Source: a candidate division WWE3 bacterium RAAC2_WWE3_1
GTDB taxonomy: Bacteria; Patescibacteriota; WWE3; UBA101185; UBA10185
Length of the DNA stretch: 64,000 nt
Reading direction: 5' to 3'
Assembly: GCA_000503835.1 (NCBI GenBank)
Contig: CP006914.1
Span: 239,341-303,340 of the forward strand
Positions 1 through 7,705 of the stretch are shown here, one piece after another; the stretch's first letter is position 1; the number at the start of each line of letters is the position of its first letter. The position numbers and the translations under genes were made by a program. A model generated the notes under the pieces. That model did no database searches and had not been told where the DNA came from. It worked only from the letters and a program-made list of their open reading frames with translations.

Positions 1-338
1 AACGTCGGCGTTGAGCCAAATTCAAAGGTACCCACTACGTTTCATTGTTACACATAAAATTCATTTTTGCGGAGAGAATTACTAATTTAATATGATAGTT
101 ATAGGTCTATTTGTCTACGACCTTTTGATGTTGTAGACGAAGGCACTTTAACAACACAACAAGAAAGAGATGTGTGTTTAATTGGGCGGCACTTCCTGGC
201 GTTTCTTAGAGGAACTTCAGGTGGTGCCTGCTCAATAAGGAGCACACAAACTAATAATGAAAGGAGAAAATCATTGGAGAAAGAAATCTCTGTGCAGAGT
301 AAGTTGGATAATACTCAACCATTCAATAGGAGGATAAA

Positions 339-599
339 ATGTCTACGTTTGTAGCGAACGTCATCTTTATTGCCACCTTCGCATTCTCTGCTGCGCTGGT
401 ACTGTTTGGCCTGCTTATGGTAGTAGGCGTACTGCGCGGTCATGAAACTGCGGGGAAGGTTCTGACGACAATCGGTGCGGTTCTTTTAGCCGCGGCGATA
501 GTAATTTGGGCCTCCCGGGATTTTTCAGGTGACAAAATTTTGATCACCACCGTCGGCAATTGGATCGAAACGATCCTTACCGAACCATTGGGTCAGTAA
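339..599 (+). CDS. Small (86 aa) membrane protein with two hydrophobic helices; candidate T4SS pilin-like subunit (VirB2/TrbC-like)
   Basis: Strong RBS aggagg 5 nt upstream of ATG 339. Two long hydrophobic segments (VIFIATFAFSAALVLFGLLMVVGVL and TTIGAVLLAAAIVIWA) in an ~90-aa protein. It is the first gene of the co-directional cluster and abuts the next gene (stop 599, start 601). Confidence 0.4.
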   Translation: MSTFVANVIFIATFAFSAALVLFGLLMVVGVLRGHETAGKVLTTIGAVLLAAAIVIWASRDFSGDKILITTVGNWIETILTEPLGQ

Positions 600-600
600 A

Positions 601-2106
601 ATGACCGCCAAGCGTGCAGGGACATGGCTCATCGCACTGGTGGGCGGCCTGCTGCTAACCGGATGTGATGTTCCAACAAACATGGAGAGTCTTTTTGACT
701 GGAGGGATAAGTTTTTCCTTCAAGTAGAGATCTCCAATATCGAACAGCTCCTAGGTCCTGTGATAGCCTTGCTAACAGTTATGGCTACTGTTATCTCACT
801 TTGGGGTGCTATCTCAAACATGAATAACAGGAGACCAATCTCTAGTGGCTCATACCTGGTCGGGGTTTTTCTTCTCGTAACTGCAGGATTGATACTTAGA
901 TATATACCCATAGCAACAAGCTTTGGGAAAAGTATCTTTCCTCAGGACTTAACTTTGGATAAGGTTTTCAGTGCGTTGCGCTGGGAAATCTCGTCCGACC
1001 CTATTGAGCTGGTAACCGTGGCTTGGGGCGTATCGTTGACCTTAGTCCTACCGCTAATAAGTGCTTTCTGGGAAATAGTCATGCTGGTAGCTGCAGTAAT
1101 TGCTATAGCAATATCTATTGCCGGGAGGTCGCTTAAAGGAGTAATCTTCGCTGTCGTGCAAATTCTGGGTTGGGGTCTGTTTCTTGTGATGTATAACACC
1201 CTGGTGTCACTCATAGGAACCTATTACCCTTCCTGGGATTTGTCGTCTGTTGCTGTTCTGACCAGTGCTTTCTATATAGCGGCGACGTTGTTTTTACTGC
1301 TTGCCTGTTACATAGGATTGCCTTGGTTAGCCGTTTCTCTCGCTCCCTCACGTTCTTCGGAGGAAGTTGTAGAACGGGAAGAAAAACGGAGTTGGAAAAT
1401 AGATCTAAACGATATATTAAACTCTCCAATTCCTATTCCCATTCCTTACGAGCGTGATAATGAAGACAGCGAAGTCGGAAACGGCGGAGGCGGAGACGAT
1501 GACGAGATGCCCCCTTACTACACGTGGAGTCCCAGTGGACCCAACTCACCACGGAGTCCGGAAAATCCTATACCGGTGATAAATTTACCGGGTGGTTCTT
1601 CGGAAGAATCCTACTTCAGCGGCTCTGTAGCGGATAGTCCCGACTTACAAAATGCAGGTAACGACAATTCTGACTATGTGGTAAGTGTGAGGAATGAGAC
1701 AACAAAACACGCTCCACAGCCGGAAAAAGAACGACCTGCAAACCCATCCGTAAGAAACCCACTAAAATCCAACGAGGAAGACTTGTTGCCTGATGGAGAC
1801 ATCAGTTCCCGTAAGTCTGCCAGGAAAAGCTACGTCGAGAATTTAAACAAGACGGCAGAGATTCTTACAGTAGCGGGAACAGTAACAGGTCAACCGAAGC
1901 TGGTTTTAGGAGGTAGTGCGGTAAAGTTTGCCGGGCACATCGCAGAACAGCTTTCCGCACCGGGTGCCCATCCTAAAGAAGTACTTTCACGGGAAGCGAA
2001 AGGGTTGGCTGAGAGAACTGTCGAATCACTTTTTCCCGGCATTTCCGGTGCAGACTTACTGCCGGATTTAGGGAAGAAGGGAGGTGAGGATGAACAAGCT
2101 CCCTAA
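601..2106 (+). CDS. Polytopic membrane lipoprotein (501 aa) with long disordered acidic/Pro-rich C-terminal tail; VirB6/TrbL-like candidate
   Basis: N-terminal signal with lipobox LLLTGC. There are at least 5 hydrophobic TM segments in the first ~250 aa, then ~250 aa of low-complexity hydrophilic sequence (PIPIPIPY, GNGGGGDDDE). This is the architecture typical of VirB6/TrbL family channel proteins. Inference from architecture only. Confidence 0.4.
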   Translation: MTAKRAGTWLIALVGGLLLTGCDVPTNMESLFDWRDKFFLQVEISNIEQLLGPVIALLTVMATVISLWGAISNMNNRRPISSGSYLVGVFLLVTAGLILRYIPIATSFGKSIFPQDLTLDKVFSALRWEISSDPIELVTVAWGVSLTLVLPLISAFWEIVMLVAAVIAIAISIAGRSLKGVIFAVVQILGWGLFLVMYNTLVSLIGTYYPSWDLSSVAVLTSAFYIAATLFLLLACYIGLPWLAVSLAPSRSSEEVVEREEKRSWKIDLNDILNSPIPIPIPYERDNEDSEVGNGGGGDDDEMPPYYTWSPSGPNSPRSPENPIPVINLPGGSSEESYFSGSVADSPDLQNAGNDNSDYVVSVRNETTKHAPQPEKERPANPSVRNPLKSNEEDLLPDGDISSRKSARKSYVENLNKTAEILTVAGTVTGQPKLVLGGSAVKFAGHIAEQLSAPGAHPKEVLSREAKGLAERTVESLFPGISGADLLPDLGKKGGEDEQAP

Positions 2107-2419
2107 GGTTGATGCGGTAAAAGAGTGGAAATATCGTTTACTCGACAATTCCGCTCAATTCGGATTTGGGGACATAGCTGTTAAACCTATTTGGGGTGTG
2201 GTGTTGGTTCTCCTGATGTTTCTGGCTGTTCTGTACACAATTCTTCCGTCTTTTGTGGTTGGCGTTCTGGCGATTACGGCGGCTCTATCGGTGTTTGCGC
2301 TGATAAAGAAAGTCCGGCGGAATTACAAATACCATAAGCTTCACGTGAAGCCTGCGAGGAAGAATGAGGAACGCGTTATAGAAACCACTCTTGCGGATCG
2401 CCCTTACTCCAAAAAGTGA
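2090..2419 (+). CDS. Small membrane protein (~109 aa), VirB3-like candidate located immediately upstream of the P-loop ATPase
   Basis: The ORF track starts at GTG 2084. ATG 2090 follows RBS gaaggaggtgagg. One long hydrophobic segment (PIWGVVLVLLMFLAVLYTILPSFVVGVLAITAALSVFAL) and a basic C-terminus. The start overlaps the end of the upstream gene, which suggests translational coupling. Confidence 0.35.
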   Translation: MNKLPKVDAVKEWKYRLLDNSAQFGFGDIAVKPIWGVVLVLLMFLAVLYTILPSFVVGVLAITAALSVFALIKKVRRNYKYHKLHVKPARKNEERVIETTLADRPYSKK

Positions 2420-2458
2420 GTATGCATTTCGGAGAGTACCCCGAAAAGTGACCAAACC

Positions 2459-2493
2459 GAGAGGATAGGGAGTCCCCCTGTCTCTATCCTCTC
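2459..2493 (+). promoter_or_regulatory. Perfect 10-bp inverted repeat hairpin (gagaggatag ... ctatcctctc, 15-nt loop) in the 363-bp gap between VirB3-like and VirB4-like genes; possible attenuator/terminator or protein-binding palindrome
   Basis: Inverted repeat read directly from the sequence. It is followed only by a weak T-run (acccttttaag), so intrinsic termination efficiency is uncertain. Confidence 0.3.
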
Positions 2494-2781
2494 ACCCTTT
2501 TAAGTAAAACCACAACTTGAGAGGGAATTCTCTTTCTTGTTGTGGCTCTTTTTAAACAGCTGACTAAACGGCTGCTTGAAAAGGGTAGAGAGTAAGTTAG
2601 GTCTCTGATTTTACAGAGACGCACTTTGACAAACACAGCATGAAAGTTTACTAAGACAATTTATGGATCATGCAGTGGCGCGGGTACCGGCAAGAGATTG
2701 TCCGTGATCTTTTTCCGGTGCTCACGCCAATAAAGGCATGAAACCTAATCAACCAAACACCTATATACGAAAGGAGAACAC

Positions 2782-4719
2782 ATGGTTTTTTGGAGACGAC
2801 TCAAAACGCCGGTAAAAGAGCAACTTTTATTGCCGGCAAGTATACGTAAGGACCATGAAGCGTTTGAGCGTGAAAAACTCACCGCTCAGGCACTTTTGGG
2901 AATCAAGGTACGCCCCGGGGAACACTCAGAAGCTGTTATTACAAGTTACACCAGGGATACGATTAAACGGTCGGTGGCTTACCACAGGTCATCAAATTTT
3001 TATGATGATTCTGTTTTGGAACTCCGCCGGGCATTTGATTATTCCAACGATTTTACGTTTCTTGTAAGGGCGGTCCGTGAAGACCCGCAGGCTTATCTTA
3101 ATCACCTGGAGCAGGAAAAATCCATTTCTAATGAGCACCGCACCCTGTTTCTCGACGAAGTTCAGGAATGGGCCTTGCCCCGTAAGTTACGGCAGTTGTC
3201 AGGCCACGACTTACTTATATGGGGACCTGAGGAACAAGTTGTTCCGGCCGCCCACGAAGAATCTTTAGCTCTCCACGGGAAGATAGTAGGGTATCGTCAG
3301 TACGGACCTGTACTAAGGTCGGTAATTGACGGCGTAGCGATGGATATGTCCAATACTCCTGAGGATCCTTTCACGGGATCGATGGACCCTGTATGGTACG
3401 CCGCCCCGCTAAATGTTATATGGCACTACCGCTACTATGAACTACCGCACATCGACAAATCTTTCGCGTTCTTCTCAGGAGTTTTTAAGAAACCCGAGGA
3501 GATATCTCAGGCGTTAGAACTTGGAGACTTGTTAATCCGGGCTGAAAATGTCGGACGAGTGATGTATTTCACGGCGGTACTTCGCGTCGAGGTAAGCACG
3601 AACGGAAAGGCTCCGGATTTCTCTACACCGGCGAAGATATTATCTAAGCTGGGAAAATGGGAACTCAGAACCGGAAACGATATCCGCACGGCGTTTTTAG
3701 CTTTCATACCGGGTAGTGCGGTACTACAGGAATGGCATCGGCATTCCATTTCTTCCAAAGTTGATCAAACTTTGCAGAGTTTTACAAGATCTCTGCGAAC
3801 AACAGGCGACAGAAATGGAAACTACATCGTCGGTATAAACAACGGTCAGCCACTCCTGCTGGATTACCGGGTACGGCCCTCCATACTTTATGTGGGACCA
3901 AGCAAAACCGGTAAGACGACCAAGGCTCTCGAAGAAGCTCTTGAGACCACAAAAAACGTGGTCTGGCTGCCTTTAACCGCAGGTGAATTTGAAGCGGCTC
4001 CCAAAGTATTTGAACTTTTCGGCGGGAAAGTTATTCCCCTGAATTTACCCGATGCTTACTCGCTTAACGAGGGAAAGAACGGGAGATTCCGCCGGGAAGC
4101 AAATATCGAAGAGCAGGAAAAGCTTCACACTGAAGACAGGGAGCTCGCTCAAAAGATTGTTCTTGAGTTGGAGGCAAGTTGGGAAATGAAAGGTAGGGTA
4201 GTCGGATTACCACTGACTTTTAAGATTGAGTCAGGCGATACTATCCGTCTGTACAGTTTCTACGATCATTTTCTAAAGGCATTTCGGGATCTCTGGAAGC
4301 GCCGGTACGAAAAGACAGGCGAGTGGGCTGTTGTAGTGGCTGATAACTTCAGCGCTCTACGACTATCCGAAGACGATCCGATTTTGGGAAGTATTCCCGA
4401 AGCAACCGGCCGCAATCTGGGCATTTTGCTCGCATGGATGGTCAGCAACGGAAGAAATGTGGGAATCTTAACCCGCATTTTGACCCACTCAAAGGACGAT
4501 TTGGACTACATTACAACGGGTCTTTTTCGTCAGTTCGGACTCGTCCTGCAGTTCGAGCACAACGAGTATTCCTGGGTGAAGGTTTTCCAAAACGGTGAAG
4601 TTTATGCAGACCGTGTGGAAGTTACACTGCCCAAGTCTATTCTTTCGCTCGTAGGCAGACGGGAGCCCGGACAAGGAGAAGATGAGTGGATACAAGAAGT
4701 TTCTTCCGCTCGCTCCTAG
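2782..4719 (+). CDS. P-loop NTPase, 645 aa (Walker A YVGPSKTGKTTKA); VirB4/TraC-like secretion ATPase candidate
   Basis: RBS aaggag before ATG 2782. It has a Walker A GxxxxGKT at about aa 375, preceded by a ~370-aa non-TM N-terminal domain. A candidate Walker B, AVVVADNF, carries D but not the usual E. The position after a VirB3-like gene and before a cell-wall hydrolase fits VirB4. Family assignment is inference; no motif beyond the P-loop is unambiguous. Confidence 0.4.
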   Translation: MVFWRRLKTPVKEQLLLPASIRKDHEAFEREKLTAQALLGIKVRPGEHSEAVITSYTRDTIKRSVAYHRSSNFYDDSVLELRRAFDYSNDFTFLVRAVREDPQAYLNHLEQEKSISNEHRTLFLDEVQEWALPRKLRQLSGHDLLIWGPEEQVVPAAHEESLALHGKIVGYRQYGPVLRSVIDGVAMDMSNTPEDPFTGSMDPVWYAAPLNVIWHYRYYELPHIDKSFAFFSGVFKKPEEISQALELGDLLIRAENVGRVMYFTAVLRVEVSTNGKAPDFSTPAKILSKLGKWELRTGNDIRTAFLAFIPGSAVLQEWHRHSISSKVDQTLQSFTRSLRTTGDRNGNYIVGINNGQPLLLDYRVRPSILYVGPSKTGKTTKALEEALETTKNVVWLPLTAGEFEAAPKVFELFGGKVIPLNLPDAYSLNEGKNGRFRREANIEEQEKLHTEDRELAQKIVLELEASWEMKGRVVGLPLTFKIESGDTIRLYSFYDHFLKAFRDLWKRRYEKTGEWAVVVADNFSALRLSEDDPILGSIPEATGRNLGILLAWMVSNGRNVGILTRILTHSKDDLDYITTGLFRQFGLVLQFEHNEYSWVKVFQNGEVYADRVEVTLPKSILSLVGRREPGQGEDEWIQEVSSARS

Positions 4720-6077
4720 CGTTTTTTATTTTCCCCGGAATTCCGTTGTTGATACTCGCGCTTTTGGCGTCGATGTTTTTAACATTCGGGATTATGCACG
4801 ACGCAGACCCAAAGGCTTACAATGATTACATCAAAGAAGCCTTGGGTCTGTCCGGGGGAACGTGGTACTCACTCCCCGCCGATGCCGAAGAGAAAATTAT
4901 CTCATTAGGCTTTGATCCTGCTGTTGTTGCCGATGAAATAATGGCGAACAAATGGATTAATGAGAACGGCGGTGAGATTGACCTTGGCATTCAACTATCC
5001 ATACTGGAGGGCGAGTCTAAAGGAGGTACAAATTTAGGTACCTGCAGTGGAATAGCCTCTTCAGCCAAACTGTCCCATCAGGAAGTTGTTTCCGCCCTGT
5101 GGCTTTTAAACTACTGGAAGGAACACGATGTGAGAGATTGGTCAGATATTGCCAAAGAAATGATCCGGCCGGACTATAGCGACTACACAGCACATTGTTC
5201 GGCCGGAGAAATTGGACCCAACGGAATACTTCCTTCCACCGGGGTAAAGATATGCAGGGACGGACTTTCAATGCATCCCGACGACCTGGTGAAATCCTGC
5301 AACTTTTTTGACAAGCGGGTAGCACCGTACGGAAAAAACTGGTGGTTAAAAGCTATCGGATACAGGTCGGGGCAGACAAAAGCCGAAAAGATTGACTCAC
5401 TGTATGGTTGGAACCATGACAGCACTTACCGCAATCAGCTTGTAGATAGGGCCGATGTTTTAAATGCTGCGGCGTTCGGTTGGAGCGACTACGCACCCGT
5501 TTCTGAGAATGCCTACGTTTTCAAAGGAGGGTGGTGGCGTAGTCAGGCAATTAAGGTTTTGAAAACGACAGGTTTGCTTGAAGGTATAGTGTTTGCCGCA
5601 GGTCCGGACTATCCGCCATGGGAACCACCACAAGTTGCAGGGAGCTTTTCCAACCCCTATCCGGACAGCGTAATATGCGGGTATGAATACGGAAAACCTG
5701 TTGCCAACGGAATTCATTGGGGAATAGATCTTTGCATAGGCGACCCGTTGAGATCCTCTCCGATATACGCCATGCATTCCGGTACCGTAACGTTTTCCAG
5801 ATATCTGTCTCCCAGCGAAACGTTAGCAGGTCAATGGTGGGTTTCAGGAAACGTCATCGCCGTAGAAGGAAAAGACGATGAAGGAAAAACTATCTGGACA
5901 GCTTACGGCCACGGTGCCAACGGTACCACTAAAGTTAAGGAAGGAGATGTTGTAAAGGAAGGTCAGTTGCTCATGATGTCTGGAACAACCGGCTTTTCTA
6001 CAGGAATTCACCTGCACCTTGCTATGAAAATTAATGGCGGGTGGGTGAATCCTTCGGCTTATCTAGGGGGCGATTGA
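4686..6077 (+). CDS. Membrane-anchored peptidoglycan hydrolase with C-terminal M23 (LytM-type) peptidase domain; VirB1-like functional analogue
   Basis: N-terminal hydrophobic anchor (LLAFFIFPGIPLLILALLASMFLTFGIM). The C-terminus has the M23 signature HWGIDL ... GHGANGTT ... TGFSTGIHLHLAM (HxxxD and HxH metal ligands). GTG start 4686 overlaps the upstream gene by 34 nt. An in-frame ATG at MFLTF is the alternative start. Confidence 0.7.
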   Translation: MDTRSFFRSLLAFFIFPGIPLLILALLASMFLTFGIMHDADPKAYNDYIKEALGLSGGTWYSLPADAEEKIISLGFDPAVVADEIMANKWINENGGEIDLGIQLSILEGESKGGTNLGTCSGIASSAKLSHQEVVSALWLLNYWKEHDVRDWSDIAKEMIRPDYSDYTAHCSAGEIGPNGILPSTGVKICRDGLSMHPDDLVKSCNFFDKRVAPYGKNWWLKAIGYRSGQTKAEKIDSLYGWNHDSTYRNQLVDRADVLNAAAFGWSDYAPVSENAYVFKGGWWRSQAIKVLKTTGLLEGIVFAAGPDYPPWEPPQVAGSFSNPYPDSVICGYEYGKPVANGIHWGIDLCIGDPLRSSPIYAMHSGTVTFSRYLSPSETLAGQWWVSGNVIAVEGKDDEGKTIWTAYGHGANGTTKVKEGDVVKEGQLLMMSGTTGFSTGIHLHLAMKINGGWVNPSAYLGGD

Positions 6078-6280
6078 TCGGAGGATTTTTCTCTCTCATT
6101 CGCCCCGTTTCCGCTCAGGAAAAACTTTCTTGCTGTGTTAGAACATGAGCATTTAAATGTAAATTTGAATGTTGATGTTTCGGTTTAGCTTTTAAAGTCA
6201 AACCGTTTATCAAAGCACTTTAAAAATATAGATAAGCTAACGTTTATTATGTAAGGCGGGCGCCGGTAAGATTTTCACTT

Positions 6281-6289
6281 GATATAATT
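6281..6289 (+). promoter_or_regulatory. Extended -10 promoter element (tgaTATAAT) upstream of the 6359 gene
   Basis: TGnTATAAT match at 6281-6289. There is no good -35, which is consistent with extended -10 promoters. Confidence 0.3.
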
Positions 6290-6358
6290 GGAAGTCTTCC
6301 CGGCGTGATAGCCTTAATAAGAGGCGTTAAAAATCAGACTATCGGAAGGAGAAAAGCA

Positions 6359-7576
6359 ATGAGTTCAGGTAAAGCGTTGACGGCCTTGGGCCTACTAATT
6401 TTCACACTTTGTGCGGTTGTAGGATTCCTCGCCTTTGCGTTAAATACTTTAAGTGTAGGTTCTGATCTTTTTTCAGGGATAGTTTTACCGCAATTGGAAA
6501 CAGTAGTATTATATGCAGTTTCCTTTACACTTGCGGTAATTCTTAGCCAGGTTTTTTCAATCCGGTTTGTTAAAGTTTCACAAAACTTTGTATTCAAGAT
6601 TTTTGACCGGCAGTGGCTCCCCAAAGAAGGTAAGGCCGAAACTTATACAACTGAATACGGCGAAAGGTTGGAAAAGGTTGTGTCGCAAAGCTATACAGGA
6701 ACAGTTGTATGGGAATTGGTTACGCAAACAATCCCCACAGTTTTTCTGTTAAGTTTCGTATTCGGTGTTCTTGCTGTGATTGTTGCCTTCGCCGTAAATC
6801 TGTCGCTTCCGCTAGTCGGATTAGGAACAGTATTTATGGTCAACGTTGTTTTGTTTTCATGGGAATACTGGGTAAAACAATGGAGAAGGAAATACAGCAA
6901 ACTGATAATTTTCACTTCACAGGTTGGGTATTTGAGGGTGAGAACACCACTTCTTTCCCTTCTTTTCGGCATCGGAAATTTACCGAGAGTATCCTGGACA
7001 CCCGTGAGTGAAATAAACGATGACCAGATCGCCGCGGATCCCCAGGATTTCGATCCAAAATACAAAACGTCTTGGCTGCGCGATCAGTATACGTCGTTCT
7101 TGTCCAAAAAAAATAACATAAGAACGATATTTCTTAGATCGAAGTCTAACGAAGCGGAAGATACTGTGCTGTGGATCGATCACGGACCAGGTATCGAAAA
7201 GATACTAAAAAGTCTAAAGAGAAGGTCTACACAGCTGTTGACGGAGCAGAGTTACATAGATCGGGCTGCCCTTCGTATGCGCCTAGGAGGCACCGCTGAA
7301 GAGGACTGGAGTCGTATTCGTGCTGACGAAGAGGCAAGACTTTTTCAGGAACGTTTCAGGGAAATTAGCATTGCTCCAAAAACCCACGATCTGTATAGGA
7401 TTGAAGATCCGGGGTTATACGACAACGACGGCAACCTGATTGAGAAAACGTCTGTCGAGGCTAACGCAGGGAGAGGCGATTATGATGTTTCGCATTTTTT
7501 CTCCTCCCCTAGCCGTCGGCTAAATGATTACGATGCTACAGAGGAGCAGAATCCTGATCAGGATAAAATTCCGTAG
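6359..7576 (+). CDS. Polytopic membrane protein (about 4 TM helices) with ~200-aa charged cytoplasmic C-terminal domain; hypothetical, last gene of the T4SS-like cluster
   Basis: The ORF track starts at 6305. ATG 6359 has a perfect RBS ggaagga 6 nt upstream and lies downstream of the extended -10 element. Hydrophobic helices in the N-terminal half. No recognisable catalytic motif. Confidence 0.5.
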   Translation: MSSGKALTALGLLIFTLCAVVGFLAFALNTLSVGSDLFSGIVLPQLETVVLYAVSFTLAVILSQVFSIRFVKVSQNFVFKIFDRQWLPKEGKAETYTTEYGERLEKVVSQSYTGTVVWELVTQTIPTVFLLSFVFGVLAVIVAFAVNLSLPLVGLGTVFMVNVVLFSWEYWVKQWRRKYSKLIIFTSQVGYLRVRTPLLSLLFGIGNLPRVSWTPVSEINDDQIAADPQDFDPKYKTSWLRDQYTSFLSKKNNIRTIFLRSKSNEAEDTVLWIDHGPGIEKILKSLKRRSTQLLTEQSYIDRAALRMRLGGTAEEDWSRIRADEEARLFQERFREISIAPKTHDLYRIEDPGLYDNDGNLIEKTSVEANAGRGDYDVSHFFSSPSRRLNDYDATEEQNPDQDKIP

Positions 7577-7588
7577 TTCCCGTAATAT

Positions 7589-7635
7589 GGGAAAAGGATG
7601 AGAACAATGTTTTCATCCTTTTCCTTACTTTAAAA
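7589..7635 (+). terminator. Intrinsic terminator: 16-bp near-perfect stem (ggaaaaggatgagaac / gttttcatccttttcc), 3-nt loop, T/A-rich tail
   Basis: Hairpin read directly from the sequence 12 nt after stop codon 7576. It separates the membrane cluster from the rho-like gene. Confidence 0.5.
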
Positions 7636-7705
7636 ATTAAGAGTAGGTCGAAATTCGGACTTAATTTGGATATTGAGATCGTATTTGGGCCTATCCTAAT
7701 AAGGG

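Noticed and set aside
172-354. 60-aa ORF upstream of the first cluster gene
   Set aside because: It overlaps the RBS and start of the 339 gene in another frame, has no RBS of its own, and has a Cys/Arg-rich composition typical of a spurious frame. It is more likely a 5' leader or promoter region.
6305-6358. ORF-track start of the 423-aa membrane protein at 6305
   Set aside because: ATG 6359 has a perfect ggaagga RBS and lies after the extended -10 element. The 6305 start would leave almost no leader and adds an unlikely N-terminus.
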